Below are positions 12,382 to 24,110 of a stretch of 64,000 nucleotides of DNA, piece after piece. Location: the NCBI RefSeq assembly GCF_009834535.1, contig NC_045708.1, forward strand, positions 52,948,001 through 53,012,000. Direction: 5' to 3'. The notes beneath the pieces are model-generated. The model was not told the DNA's origin, made no database searches, and was given only the letters and a program-made list of their open reading frames with translations. Made by a program: the position numbers and the translations under genes. Within the stretch, counting starts at the first letter, position 1; each line of letters opens with the position of its first letter. This DNA is from Camelus ferus (lineage: Eukaryota).

Positions 12382-13889
12382 CCTTCTCTTGACTCTAATC
12401 TCAATTAGTCAAAATAGGTGGTTATGTGTGGCAGAACATAGTTTACACACAAGACAAAGTATACAAGTTTCTTTAAGCATGTAAAGGGCAAAGCTACTGC
12501 ACACAGACTATTCAGTGCAGCAAACACAGGAACACTATCAATTGGATGAGACAGACCCTCTTGCTCTCAAATCCCCATGAAGTTGCCTGCATGCTAATAC
12601 TACTACTTGATCTGGGTGATGACTCTTCAGGGTCCTAGTCTTGACATCCTCATAGTGATTTCATAGCGTAGTTGGTCCCTTATGACTGCTCTCTCTAGAG
12701 ATTTGTGCTGTGTGCCTATCTGCCCAACATTTGAAAATACTATAATCGGTAACACTCCCAAAGCGTTCCTCAGTGCTGTTTTAAGACTGGAGAGATTAAA
12801 GGTAAATTCTAGGCTTGCTACCCCATTGGCAGGTTTTCAGCTTCTGGCCTCCGTGAAGCATGTTCCTGCAACAGCCAGTTTGCTGTTCTTTCTGGTAGCC
12901 TTTCTTCTCTTACTCATGGTCTGTCTACCCATAAATTCAGGGGGAGGTTTTGATTTGTTATGAGAAGAGTTCCTATCTCTCTTACAGTTTTCTCCTGAGT
13001 TCTGGGTGCGCATAATAATAGAATCCCTTAATTATGATTTCTTTATTGATTTAATGTTACTGCCTTTGGTTTTACAGGTATCTGTTAAAATCTTTAGCTT
13101 GCTCTCATACACTCAGTGCCTTTATAAATTTATTTTTTATAGATTTATAGCATTATTTTAAGAGAACTTTTGGGAGGAGTGGAGAAGTAAATATATATAC
13201 TGGCTCCATCATTCTGAACTAGAACCTATCAAAATTTATGTGGCAAGAAAATGCATTTGGGGATATACTGCTAGGCCTCCTTTCACTTCATGTTCTATTG
13301 TGCTTCTTCTCTTATATTTTGGGAGCTTTCCCATCAGTCCTGGAATGATAAAAATAAGAGAACCCAGGAAGCAATCCTTCATTTTAAGTTCAAAAGTCCA
13401 TGGCGTAGAACAGAACGTTTGGACAGATATATTATTCTCCCGTCCCTAGACTAGGTAGGACTCCATGCAGTAGGAAAGGGAAGAGAAGAGGGACTGTGTG
13501 GACTGGCAAGATGTCAGCATCAAGAGCTCACCAAGCGCTGGCTGTCCAAGCCACAGCTCTGTGTAACTATTTCCTGGGCGGTACCAGGGACTGGGGCTAT
13601 TTCTGCACATCATCCAGTCTCCATTCCAGTGAATGGCATACATTGCCTAGATTGAACAGCTGTTACTTCTGTTCCTTTGCAGTGGTGAGGTCATCCACTG
13701 ACAGCTGTCATCAGCGTGCTTGCATATCTTCCAAAAGGGTTGAAGCCTTGAGATTTTGTTTAGCCTTTCAATGATCCAGGCAGTGTGAAAGTTAAATCGC
13801 CTCACTTTCATGGCCTACCATATTTTTAAGTAAAAAAAGTAAAGACTGTGGTTCTCTACACCTAGTGAGGAAGTGGTGGACATGCGTCT

Positions 13890-14105
13890 ATCAGTCTGGG
13901 GCCTGGCAGGAAAGAGTTGATACCCTTAACTGGGTAATTTTAGAAGAACTTAATTACATTTATGAAGGTTTGGCCTGGTGTGGGAGCACCAACAAAGGTA
14001 GTACCTACCCCACGGCTAGCTACAGCAGAACTTTACCTTCCTGAGGCCCGAAGGCTCAAGGGGACAGAGGGGCTCCCAGAACCTCGAGAGAGTTCTGCAT
14101 GAAGA
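13890..14105 (-). mobile_element. Old ERVL-class LTR fragment (LTR33/LTR40-like)
   Basis: tatcagtctggggcctggcaggaaa...ccccacggctagctacagcagaac...cctgaggcccgaaggctcaagggga resembles antisense ERVL LTRs. Family uncertain. Confidence 0.4.
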
Positions 14106-15330
14106 CGGATTATAAAAAAAATCTACAACCCTTTTTTTTTTTTTTAAACCAGCGTTTCTCAAGCTTATTTGACTAATCCTTTTCTCACATAGTATCTATT
14201 ACCATCTTGTGGAACTTTGGGGAAAAAATGCTAGTATAGATGTATTCTTGCCTAATGAGATAAACTAAATGATTCTGTCTGACAGTATTCCTAATTTTAC
14301 GGTTCTGTGAAATTTTCAGAATTGGACCTGTCATCCAATAAGGCCAATTTAAAAAACGACCATAGCTAAACTTTTAGTTTCAGAGTTATTATTCTGTACT
14401 TTGTAGCTGCTCTTTATTGGAGATCATGGAACTATGTCAAAGATTCGTTCCTAATGAAGCAATTTTCTAATTTTATATTATGTTTTGCTTTTCATGTTTA
14501 CCTATAGTTTGCTGGAAACTTGTGGTTTAGCGGAAAACTTAGAATATGTTACTAAATACTTGGCTGTTACAGGGTTTCATATATGTCAGGTTCTGAAAAT
14601 ATATAACAATTTCATAAATATCTTTGAACAACAGTACTATGTAGCATTAATAGAGAAGGATAATTCATTTTGATTTCACTGGGCATATATCAGCACATGG
14701 CTTTATGCACAATAAATTGTGTTAAGTTTAAGTGGGAATTGAGGATAAAGATTTTGGCTCTTGTGACTTTTATGACTAGATTCCAAATAAGATATGTGGA
14801 GTGTGTGTGGGAGGGGATCAGAGACTCTTTTGGCCCAAATTCTGCTAGTAACTTCTTACTTAATATCTGAATTTTCTGCAGAGAGAGAATTGATTTAAAA
14901 TCCTTTCTTATGTTGCTTTTGCTGTCTGTAGTCTAAACAAGAAATTCTGCCTTTTGCATTTTTCATTTCATTTTCTAAATATTAAATTTCTCCCTTGCTC
15001 AGAAAGGTCATTTAAGAGGGACAATAATCTATCACTTCAATGAGACTTGTTGTGTAAGTAATACTCTCAATATTTTGGGCATCTGGTAGTCTGAGGAGCA
15101 TGGGTTTTGTTCTTTTCTAGTACCTTACAGTAATATAAGGAGAACATTTATTTACCTACCCTAGTCCACAATATGTGAAATATCTAAAAATATGTGCAAT
15201 CTTTAGATCAAAGGGTTGCAGGATTACATAGCAATGATAAGACCAATTCTCTGACACATGAGTTGTAGTGTAACATTTTCACAGAAATAATCACTATTTA
15301 AGGGTAGGACAGTGTAATGATTAAGAGAAA

Positions 15331-15734
15331 TAGTGTCATGATAAATATTCTCCCCAGCCCTGGTTGGGGAGAGGGGTGCTGCTAATTTCTATGATGTGAA
15401 GACTTCCATCATGGCCACTTTCAAGTTATGAACTTGAAATCATTGAACATGGAGTTGGGAAAAGATGTGTAGTAGCCCACCATTGTATCGGGTTTCCACC
15501 ATGCAGATATAAAAGACGTGCATAAACTCAAGAATGCTGAAATCAGATAGTTAAATAATGAAGAAGTAATGTGTTTTGACTACCTATTGCCTTTGTTTTT
15601 AAATAATTTATTTAATTAGTTTATATAATTTGATTTTTATAATGGCTTTGTTTAACAACCAACTCAAAAAATCCTAAAAATTTAACAATTGGCTTTTGTA
15701 AGCTAGTACCAAGTGTGTTTCCTATACAGCACTG
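15331..15734 (+). mobile_element. MER63-family hAT-Blackjack element
   Basis: cttccatcatggccactttcaagtta...cattgaacatggagttgggaaaagatg...tttccaccatgcagata...tttaacaaccaactcaaaaaatcctaaaaatttaacaattggct, ending in cactg. Confidence 0.75.
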
Positions 15735-15736
15735 GC

Positions 15737-15915
15737 TAAACAGTATGAGGTTTAAAGTTAGGTAGTTTTGAGTTTGATTCCTTGCTCTGCCACTTACAAA
15801 CTGTGTGGCCATGTGAAATTTATATTTTTTCTTTACTTCAAAGTTTTCTCCGACAAAAAGTGAGGGTAAAAAATCATATTTCCTTCGATTAGCTGTTGCA
15901 AGGATTAAATAAAAT
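15737..15915 (+). mobile_element. MIR SINE fragment
   Basis: gagtttgattccttgctctgccacttacaaactgtgtggcc...tgttgcaaggattaaataaaatg. Confidence 0.6.
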
Positions 15916-16449
15916 GAGAGCTTCTCCTCCCCTGGAGAGTAATGGCCCCGTAGCTAAAAATTTCACAAGGTCCTATTGGAACTGTGATCCCAAAGCTTTT
16001 TTTTTTTTTTTTTTTGAACTGAGAAAGCCATTAAGGGGGACATGCTCAGCTCCACATAATGATGTAATTTGCATAATTCAAGGGAAGATGGGCAGCCTTC
16101 TTTAAGAGTTCAGCCTGTACTGTCACTGCAAATGAATATTTTCCCTTAGGTCATGTGTAGTTTGGTTTCAACAGGCATTCCTCCTGCCTTACCGCTAAAG
16201 AGCGGTAAGATTGCAAAGAAGATCCTAGTTCTTGGAGAAGTGGCACATGCCCTGGCGTATTTTGTGAGATGTGCATGCCAAAGCCTCTTTCCTCCTTTAC
16301 AGATTGTATGGAAAAATGGTAAAAATAGGTGGAGACTTACACAGGTTACCTTAGAAAAGGAAGGGGGTGATTTAGGAGGCAGGCATAAATCTGAAGGTGA
16401 GGAACAAGACTAAGAAATAAGCTTTATGATCACAAAGGTCAGAAGTGGC

Positions 16450-18777
16450 TTTATACTGATGAAGTCACTGAATTCAGTAAGTATTGTGATTTTTAAATAC
16501 TGTGGTTTTCTTTATTGAGAACTAACTTCATTCAACACTATTTAATAAAAAGCTGTCTATTTGAAATTGTTTCCAATAACCCTACAGAGAATCAAACAAA
16601 ACATAAAATAGGAAAAAAAATGTGACTCAAGGAGATATTCTGCAAATAAAATGATCAAACTACTATAGATCCTGTCTTGCCTACTTCAAGACTAACAGGT
16701 TGTTATCTACTGTCTTGTTCAAGCTGTTTAAACAAGACAGTCATAACTTGCAGCAAATGAGTTTCCAGACCAGATGTAGATAATGAGAACCCTTGAAAGT
16801 CACAGACTCCACAGAGCACAAGAAATCTATGTTTACTTGGATTACAAAAAGTAAATTCATTACAAATGTCCCTACACTAATGTTTTGAATAAAAGATAAG
16901 AACATTCGGTATTATTTTGAAGAGCTTAACAAAAGTAATTAGGATTATTAAATTATTAAGTGAGACATTTACCCTTCAGAGTTCACAATAGATTGGCTTT
17001 CTTCAAATTGCTAAATTTGACTATTTTTCCATGAATAGTTGGGATATGGCAAAATTTAAAAAAAAGGTAAATGTGACATATCTGAAATAGTTTAAGAATT
17101 AACTGTAATAATGGGAGGATGTATACAAAATGAGAGGATAAACAAAATTAGGGGAAAAAATCCCACCAAATATTAATTCATTTTTTAGCTTCTAACTGGA
17201 TACAAAACATTCATTAATTAGTCATTTTGTCCTATTTATTGTTTTACCAAAAAACTCGATGAGTAATTTTTAACGTTTTTTGCCTACTGAAAACCATCTA
17301 GATATTGTGACTTTAAATTTTTAAAAAATGAAGCAAGTTCTGGTAACTAACTGCTGGAAAATATTAGCGATAAATTGTATGATAATGCAGCTTTTATGAA
17401 AGGGGAGGAAAGAGGGCTGCAAATTCTCTTTAAAAATTTTAATAGCTAAACAGGATATGTGCCATGCCAGCTCATTTCCTTAATCGTGTCAGAAAAAAAG
17501 CTTCCATGACAGTAACTGAAATTTTTCACTAGTTTAGTATCTTGCAATAGTTTTTTCTTTTCTGATTCATTTCATAGATAGAGAGTATTTTAAACAATAG
17601 GGTATTTTAAACACACATGCAACTTAGATTTTCATTAAAAAACTCAATATAACAAGAGGATCATTCTGTTACAAAGTTGTTTGAACCTTGAGAGATGGAT
17701 GTAATGATATTTTAAGGATCTAAAGTATTTTTTTCTAAGAGTTGGAATATGTAAAAAGTTTACCAAAGTAGTAGTTGAAGCCTGAATGTGCCGTTTTAAC
17801 TGCTCTTCTCAAGACATTTTGGAATGTTTCAATAAAATAGAAATTACAGCCTCCTGATTTGGAAGTACATAAAAACCATATTTTATCTTCTTTAAGTTTT
17901 CTTTAAGAATTCGGAGAAAATTCATATGAAAGTTGATAGACTCTGACTCAAAATCAACAGAGTTTAGTAATGACATTAATTAACATTATTCTGAGTGTGA
18001 GAAGCAAAATAGCAACAAAATTTTTTTCAAGTGATATCATAAGTCATTAAGAGGAAGAGAATAGGTTCTTTGATTGTTTGATAACCCAATTAATGAAGAA
18101 AAGAGAATTATGTGAACATACTGTGAAAGATGTTTAAGATGGAAAACTGGCATAAATAAAGATAACATAGCACTCATGATATTCCATTACATGGACAGCA
18201 AACTGGGAAATGATACCATGGATTCAAAAAAAAAAAAAAAAAAAAAAAAACAGAAATGCTTTGAGATCCTACAGCTCATATAGAAAATAAACTGGATAGA
18301 GTATTTTCACATTTTATGAGTCCTAAAAATGACTGATTTTTATTGATAATTTTCAAAAGTTTTTTTTATATGTGAAGCTGAAATGAATTTTTCTAACATT
18401 AAAAACTATGCAACCCATCAGTTTCCTAAAGGAAAAATTGAATTATTTCTCTATTCTCTCTAGAGGATACAGTATTTTAAAATTTTCATTATATGAAGAA
18501 GTGACCAAAAAATGTGCAGCCAAAATATGTAAGAAGTGAAATCCATTATTACAGAGGTGTGTCAGGCAGGTAACCAATTATGTACGTTAGTTTTTATGGG
18601 CTTTGTGGCATTTGCCAGTCTTAAAATTGTTAATTTGTTTTGATTTCTTATTTAGAATAAGATTCAATATTAACTGTCATACCTAATAATGCATCTGTAA
18701 TTTTGTATTATTTTTCTTAAAGAAAGCCCCCCAAACTGCATAAGGTCCAAGCCTTGACCCTAGCAAACCTGTCTCTG
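16450..18777 (+). mobile_element. hAT-Tip100 (Arthur1/Zaphod-class) DNA transposon remnant with decayed transposase
   Basis: Frameshifted motifs occur in the expected order: TTF-type Zn-finger end (DSTEHKKSMFTW, about 16805-16840), FFSF*LDT (17181-17204), YDNAAFMKG (17378-17404), AHFLNRV (17470-17490), and C-terminal dimerisation motif CEAEMNFS...EKLNYFSILS...YEEV (18371-18530). The right terminus ttttcttaaagaaagccccccaaactgcataaggtcc...cctgtctctg ends at 18777. The left boundary is approximate. Confidence 0.8.
18226..18250 (+). repeat. Poly-A tract inside the hAT remnant
   Basis: Uninterrupted A run. Confidence 0.9.
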
Positions 18778-18934
18778 ACCTTGTTTGTATGCTGGTGCTG
18801 AGGACACCAAAGAAATAAGGAGGGTGGAAGGTAGTCTGCTCTACAGGTACCTCATTGCTGGTGCTGAGAGAGAGAGGAGGCATCCTTCCTAAGTCACTGA
18901 TCCAGGTATTTTTTGTAACGATTTGTAGAAGCCT

Positions 18935-19085
18935 CTGTGCTAAGAGCGTGGCTTCTGGAATCAGGTCACTTGGATTTGTAGCTCTATCCTTAATGGCTGT
19001 ACAAATTTAAGCAATTTGTCTTTTTCGTCTGCAAATGAGGATGGTAATGTATCTACCTCATGCAGTTGTTCTGGGGAGCTCAATA
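18935..19085 (+). mobile_element. MIR SINE fragment
   Basis: taagagcgtggcttctggaatcagg...ttcgtctgcaaatgaggatggtaatgtatctacctcatgcagttgtt. Confidence 0.6.
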
Positions 19086-19621
19086 TATATGTTTTCATAA
19101 ATAACAGACAAATAAAAAATGCAAACACCAGGATGCAGAACATAGTGAAAGTTCAGGAAGGCAGGACCAAAGAGGGGACACGAACCAAAGAGAGAACCAT
19201 GGTAAGAGGGCAGTGAAAGACTGTGGGAAGAACTGTCCTTAAACTGAAACCCCACATTCACTGGAATTCCTCATTTCAAACTCATCCTAAGGATGTTGCC
19301 CATTCCTAGGACGACAAAGCCTCTAAGACTGGGGTGGGCTGAGTATTGTGGCTTATAAATCTTGAAGTCTGTTCATTCTTGAGTTCTTTATAACATAGCT
19401 GGCTTCTTTACCTGAATGCTCTCCTTTCGGTGCCAGAATGACTACACAGTGGATAAACCTCCTTCATTCTCAGAGGAAAGGCATCCTTTCCTCCACATTC
19501 CCTCAGGTGTGGGAGAGAGCCAGCAGTCCAGAGGCTACCCCAGGACCTTTTGGAAATGCGATATAGTTGCTCTAAGACACACTACACTGGGAGTATATTA
19601 AAGAGGGTGCATGACTAGCCC

Positions 19622-19694
19622 TGCTGTGAACTATGGAATGTTTTTGTCTGCACCCCCCACCAAGTTCATATATTGAAGCCTGAATCCTCAATAT
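19622..19694 (+). mobile_element. MLT1A-type MaLR LTR, 5' part (interrupted)
   Basis: tgctgtgaactatggaatgtttttgtctgcaccccccaccaagttcatatattgaagcctgaatcctcaat matches the MLT1A start. The element resumes at 20484. Confidence 0.75.
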
Positions 19695-20483
19695 TTTTGC
19701 CAAAACTCAGCCTCTGTGCCTGGATCACCAAAGTGAGACTCGAGGTCAGCGTTTTGGATGAAGTAGAAAAGCCCAGGCAAAGGAACTAACAGTGGGCTAA
19801 TGCCTCCAAGACTGTGAGCCCCCTGGGGAGAAAAGGTAGGGGGTTTATAGTAAAAGTTTAAGGGGTGGGGCTGGTTTCCATAGAGATTGCATACATGGTG
19901 ACAAATTGTTGCAGTGTTGTTCTTGATTTTGCAGATGCTGGGGTCCCCTTTCTTCAGCTGGGCATGTTGTTTATCTCCGGTCATGGGAATCAATGACCCA
20001 TATCTCCTAATATTCTTGTGCTTAGAACATAGAGTGTTTAGGAAGGGGGTCCGTGGAAAAGTGCTCTAAAGAAAAACTTGTGCAGTGTAAAGTCAGGTCG
20101 ATATATGTTACTGGTATTGAGGCAGGCTGAGACCTGGGAGTTCTTGCTGAAGTGCTTGCACAGACTGGGACCTGCACCTCCAGCAACAAAATACAAGGGA
20201 ACCATAAGGTCCTAAAAATAACTGCATGCATACCCAGTCGGGGCAAGCAAGATACAATAGAAATCCAACTGCCGTTTCTGAGGTGTCAGGAGCAAAAGCA
20301 GGGCACGGAGCATGACCCCCACACACAGTACCACCAGGGGGTTGGGCAGACCACTGAAGGTCCCCTCCTCTAGCCCAACCCTGATTGGCAACAGCATAAA
20401 AAAAGCCGTCTAAACTATTATACAATTAAGCTGTTACAAATACCACACGGTCACCAATGACGACAGGGTCCTGCACAGTTACA
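19695..20483 (-). mobile_element. ERV1-class solo LTR (about 790 bp) nested in MLT1A
   Basis: The minus strand starts tgtaactgtgcaggaccct, has a TATA-like tataaacccc, and ends with an ERV1-like U5 (ttctacttcatccaaaac...cacagaggctgagttttggc). It splits an otherwise colinear MLT1A. The TSD is degenerate. Confidence 0.75.
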
Positions 20484-20749
20484 GTGCGATGGTATTTGGA
20501 GATGGGGCCTTTAGAAGATAATTAGATCATAAGGGTGGACACCTCATACTGGGATTAATTCCCTTCTAAGAAGAGACAGAAGTCTGCTCTTTGCCACTTG
20601 AGGATGTAAACCAGGAAGCAGCTCTCACCGGATACCTGAGCTACTGGCACCCTGGTCTTGGACTTCTCAACTTCCAGAACTGTGGGAAATAGATTTCTGT
20701 TGTTTAAGCCACTCTAAAGTATCATGGTATAGCAGCTCAAACTAAGACA
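20484..20749 (+). mobile_element. MLT1A-type MaLR LTR, 3' part
   Basis: gatggtatttggagatggggccttt...ttggacttctcaacttccagaactgtgggaaatagatttctgttgtttaagccac...gcagctcaaactaagaca. Confidence 0.8.
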
Positions 20750-21694
20750 GGCCGCTTTTTGACCAGGGTCTATATGAGGCTTTTTGCAGCCCTTATGCTA
20801 GGAGAGCAGCCCCTCATAAGGAATGACCTGTCCTCAAGACACTTGCATCAATAATAATAACAATAAAAATGACAACCAATGTGATTGAGACACGATTATA
20901 TGCCAATCACAAGGGTAACTGTTTCAGACGCATTATCTGATTCCATCCATGCTGTGCCCTCTTCTTGGGGCAGCCTTCTCTGCTATGGAGTGAGAAAGTA
21001 GTTTGATGCCTTCCAGGTTGTTCACTGGGAGGATTCTCCTCAGCAGTGTGTGTTCCCCACTCCCATTTCTGCCGGCATCATTTCTGTTGTTAAACTTTTT
21101 GAGCACTTAGTATGTGCCAGGTGCTATTCTAGGTGTTGAAAGCACATCAGTGAATAAAGCAAACCATTGCAAATGGAATTTTGATTTGGGTACTTTTGGT
21201 AGATGCTTCCTAAGTGTATGTGTGTGTGCGTTTGAATCTTCGCCAAATTTGTAAGTCCCCACATTCACATTCTTACTACCTTGGTATTAAACCATGTATT
21301 CATGTTAATTCTCATACTGCCTTTTAAATGAAACATTTCTAATCATAATAAATAAGTTACAATCAGCATTAACTTCTGTGTGTAAGAGATTAATTTTCAG
21401 GTATGGATGTACTTTACATTTTTCTTAGATTTCATAACCATGTTATTCAGACACGTCAGGCTCCAGAACCATTAGGCTTTCTACTTAATTATCAGCTAAT
21501 GCTACTGGGAAGCATGCAGTGATTCTGGATGTTATATTTTGTCTAATGCTCTGTTCCTTATCCGTGACCACTACTTTCAGGTTAGTGAACTCTTGGCCTC
21601 CAGGCAAAAGTTGAAAAAGAGTCGGTTTATACATTGCTTCAGACTCTTCCCAGAGATGTCTGGAAAATTGCAATTTTCTTAATCAGGTTGAGAA

Positions 21695-21739
21695 ATATAT
21701 ATATATATTATATATATATATTATATATATATATATATA
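21695..21739. repeat. Interrupted (TA)n microsatellite
   Basis: atatatatatatattatatatatattatatatatatatatata. Confidence 0.95.
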
Positions 21740-21939
21740 AAGCACAAATAACATGGTTATGGTTAATTATAAAACTTACATTACTGTTAAGAGTTTCCTT
21801 CAGATTTTGAGAAACCAGGACATTTATCTAAGAGAAGGAAAAAATATGGATCACCATGAAATTAACAACATAGACATAATTTTACAATTGATATATTCCT
21901 GCTAAATTCCTTGTATTGTGGCTGTACTCAGGTATAAAA

Positions 21940-22330
21940 AGTAATTCGGATTTCAGATGTGAAATCTTCTGCAGATTCTTAGAATCCACATGGGAGATTA
22001 GCTGCAGAGCTATATAGATCAGGGGAAATGTGTACACATATCTTAAGTTTAGCAAAAGATTTTGGATAAAGTGCCTCCATATTGTTTTCACTAAGCTGCA
22101 AAATGTGAGTGGAATGAGATGTAGTTGAGTGAACCTGTACAATGGTGCTCAGATAGTCTATTTGACTTATAGATGTTCAGTAAATGTTTGTAGGAGCTAA
22201 ATTGAAATGAATTGATCTATGTTCATCTGTATAGCATGCCACAGTAGTGTACATTTCATCATTCTAAACCTTGTCCTGTTCAGCATCCTGATCAAAAATT
22301 TGTGAAGATTTGCAGGACTAACTGTCGACC
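21940..22330 (+). mobile_element. CR1/L3 LINE reverse-transcriptase fragment
   Basis: tatcttaagtttagcaaaagattttggataaagtgcctccat is close to YLDFSKAFDKVPH, and cttgtcctgttcagcatcctgatcaaaaatttgtgaagatttgcag is close to VLFNIFINDL..KFAD. These are CR1-type RT motifs, frameshifted. Confidence 0.6.
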
Positions 22331-22369
22331 CATGTGCCTTCAGTCACATTGTTTTCCCAAGTGCTTCCT

Positions 22370-22830
22370 AAATCTGACAAGTCTCTTTCAACCCTATCGT
22401 ATCTGCTGCCTCTGTGGCATGTAACACTCTCTTTTTTTAGAAAATCCATCTTTAACTTCTAAGGTATCATTTTTCTAGTTTCCCTCTTAATTCTGTGAGT
22501 ATTCCTCCTCCTCCGATTTCAATCCTGTTCACCCCCTTAAATATTCATCCTCACTTGTCTTCACAATTTTACTACTCTGCATGATTTCGTTCATGCTCTT
22601 GGCTACATGCTGTTTATAATATGATGACTTCCAAATCTGTATCTTCAGTCTAGACCACTTTCCTGGGCACCAGAACTGTATGTCCCACCATACTCTTGGC
22701 ATATTGCCTTCTCTTAATTTAATTAGTACCTTGAAGCTATTCAACATGAAATATCTTACCCTCCCTTCTCCCAATCTTAAAGTTTCTGGTAATTGAAAAA
22801 GCATTGGCATTGGGTACTGAACTGTATTTG
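22370..22830 (+). mobile_element. L2 LINE fragment
   Basis: Pyrimidine-rich L2 ORF2/3' sequence: tatgatgacttccaaatctgtatcttcagtctagaccactttcctgggcaccagaac...ttcaacatgaaatatcttaccctcc. Confidence 0.55.
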
Positions 22831-22894
22831 ATTTTTTTTTCTTCACATTCGTCACTTACTAGTTATACAAATCAGGGCAAATGCTTAACCAATC

Positions 22895-23125
22895 TGTATT
22901 AATTTTCTATTGCTGCCTAATAAATTGCCACAAATCTAGTGGCTTCAAACAACACATATTTGCTATCAGTTGGCTTCTGTGGGTCAGGAGTCTGGGCATG
23001 GCATAGCTGATCCTCTGGTTAGGGTGTCTCACAAGGGTCTAATCAAGGTTTCAGCAAGGGCTGCGTTGTTACCTGATGTGCAACTGGAGAAGGATCCGTT
23101 TCTAAGCCCCTTCAGGCTGTAGTAG
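22895..23125 (-). mobile_element. MLT1 MaLR LTR fragment
   Basis: tgtattaattttctattgctgcctaataaattgccacaaatctagtggcttcaaacaacac...ttctgtgggtcaggagtctgggcatggc is an antisense MLT1 3' end. Confidence 0.75.
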
Positions 23126-23239
23126 AACTGTGTACAACTTACTCATACTTACTTGTAAAATGTGGTTATGTGTGAAATTCCAGTAATTATAAGCAGGTGC
23201 TTTACCTACATGAACAGTTGATGTGACATTCAGAAGTCC

Positions 23240-23402
23240 TGGGATTATGGGCCAGTGCTATGTTATGCAGAATTGTCCTATGTATTTTTGTTCTCCACAC
23301 ATTAAATACCATTAGTGCCTCCTGTTCATTATGATAACCAGAAACACCTCCTCAAATTTCAAAACACCTCTTGTGGGTGATACTGCCCTACTAGAGGTCA
23401 CT
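23240..23402. mobile_element. MER20-type hAT-Charlie MITE fragment
   Basis: attatgataaccagaaacacctcctcaaatttcaaaacacctcttgtggg...ctgccctactagaggtcactg resembles the MER20 terminus. Confidence 0.5.
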
Positions 23403-23999
23403 GGGTGAGGGGTTTAAAATGCTATTCCTAACAAACAAATGTGGGTTTTGTGGCAGAAATCCATAGAAACGCTCTACTATGTTCACGCCTTCATTGAACA
23501 AATCCTTATTGCAGTACCTCCATGTGGAAGGCACTGTTCTAGGTGCTATCTTATCACGCAGTGAACAAGGCAGTATCTGGCCTTCTCTCATGGAACCAAT
23601 GAAGACAACAGAAGGGACGTCAATAATGAATACTGATCACTTAATACTCTGCTTTGGTTTGTACAAAGCAAAGCTTTTAAAAATATAGAACTTATCCGTT
23701 ACCTTCTCTATTCTTTAACTCCTTGTTTGGAGTTCAGTTGGAGTTTATCAGGAAATTTTCTAAGGAGAACAGGCATGTCTACTATATGACATATTTCTTC
23801 AAAATATAGCCACAAACTTTCTTCATGAGATTTTCTCCTGTCTTTTGCCCATAAACTTTCTTTTCTGATCAAATTGAACCATTGACTCTTCTGTGAACAG
23901 CTCTTAAACTCTTCCACTTCTGTGCCTCCCTTTACATTGCTATCACTGTCCTGACTGCTCCTCACTGTCCCCACATTTTCACATGTCTTTGGCATCAGA

Positions 24000-24110
24000 C
24001 TGATGAGGGTTCACATTCCAGTTCCACTGCTTACCAGTTGGGTAACCCTAAAGAAGTTAATTAGCATCACTAAGCCTTCGTTTCTTCAACTGCTAATTGA
24101 TTAGATGGAG
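24000..24110 (+). mobile_element. MIR SINE fragment
   Basis: gggttcacattccagttccactgcttaccagttgggtaaccctaaagaagttaattagcatcactaagccttcgtttcttcaactg. Confidence 0.55.

Noticed and set aside
16709-16741. 11-bp inverted repeat actgtcttgtt...aacaagacagt
   Set aside because: It lies within the decayed transposase Zn-finger coding region, is not at a terminus, and is compatible with chance in 64 kb.
21485-21673. ORF containing NLKVVVTDKE, reminiscent of a cadherin VTDKD motif
   Set aside because: Single short resemblance with no other cadherin-repeat motifs and no convincing donor site.
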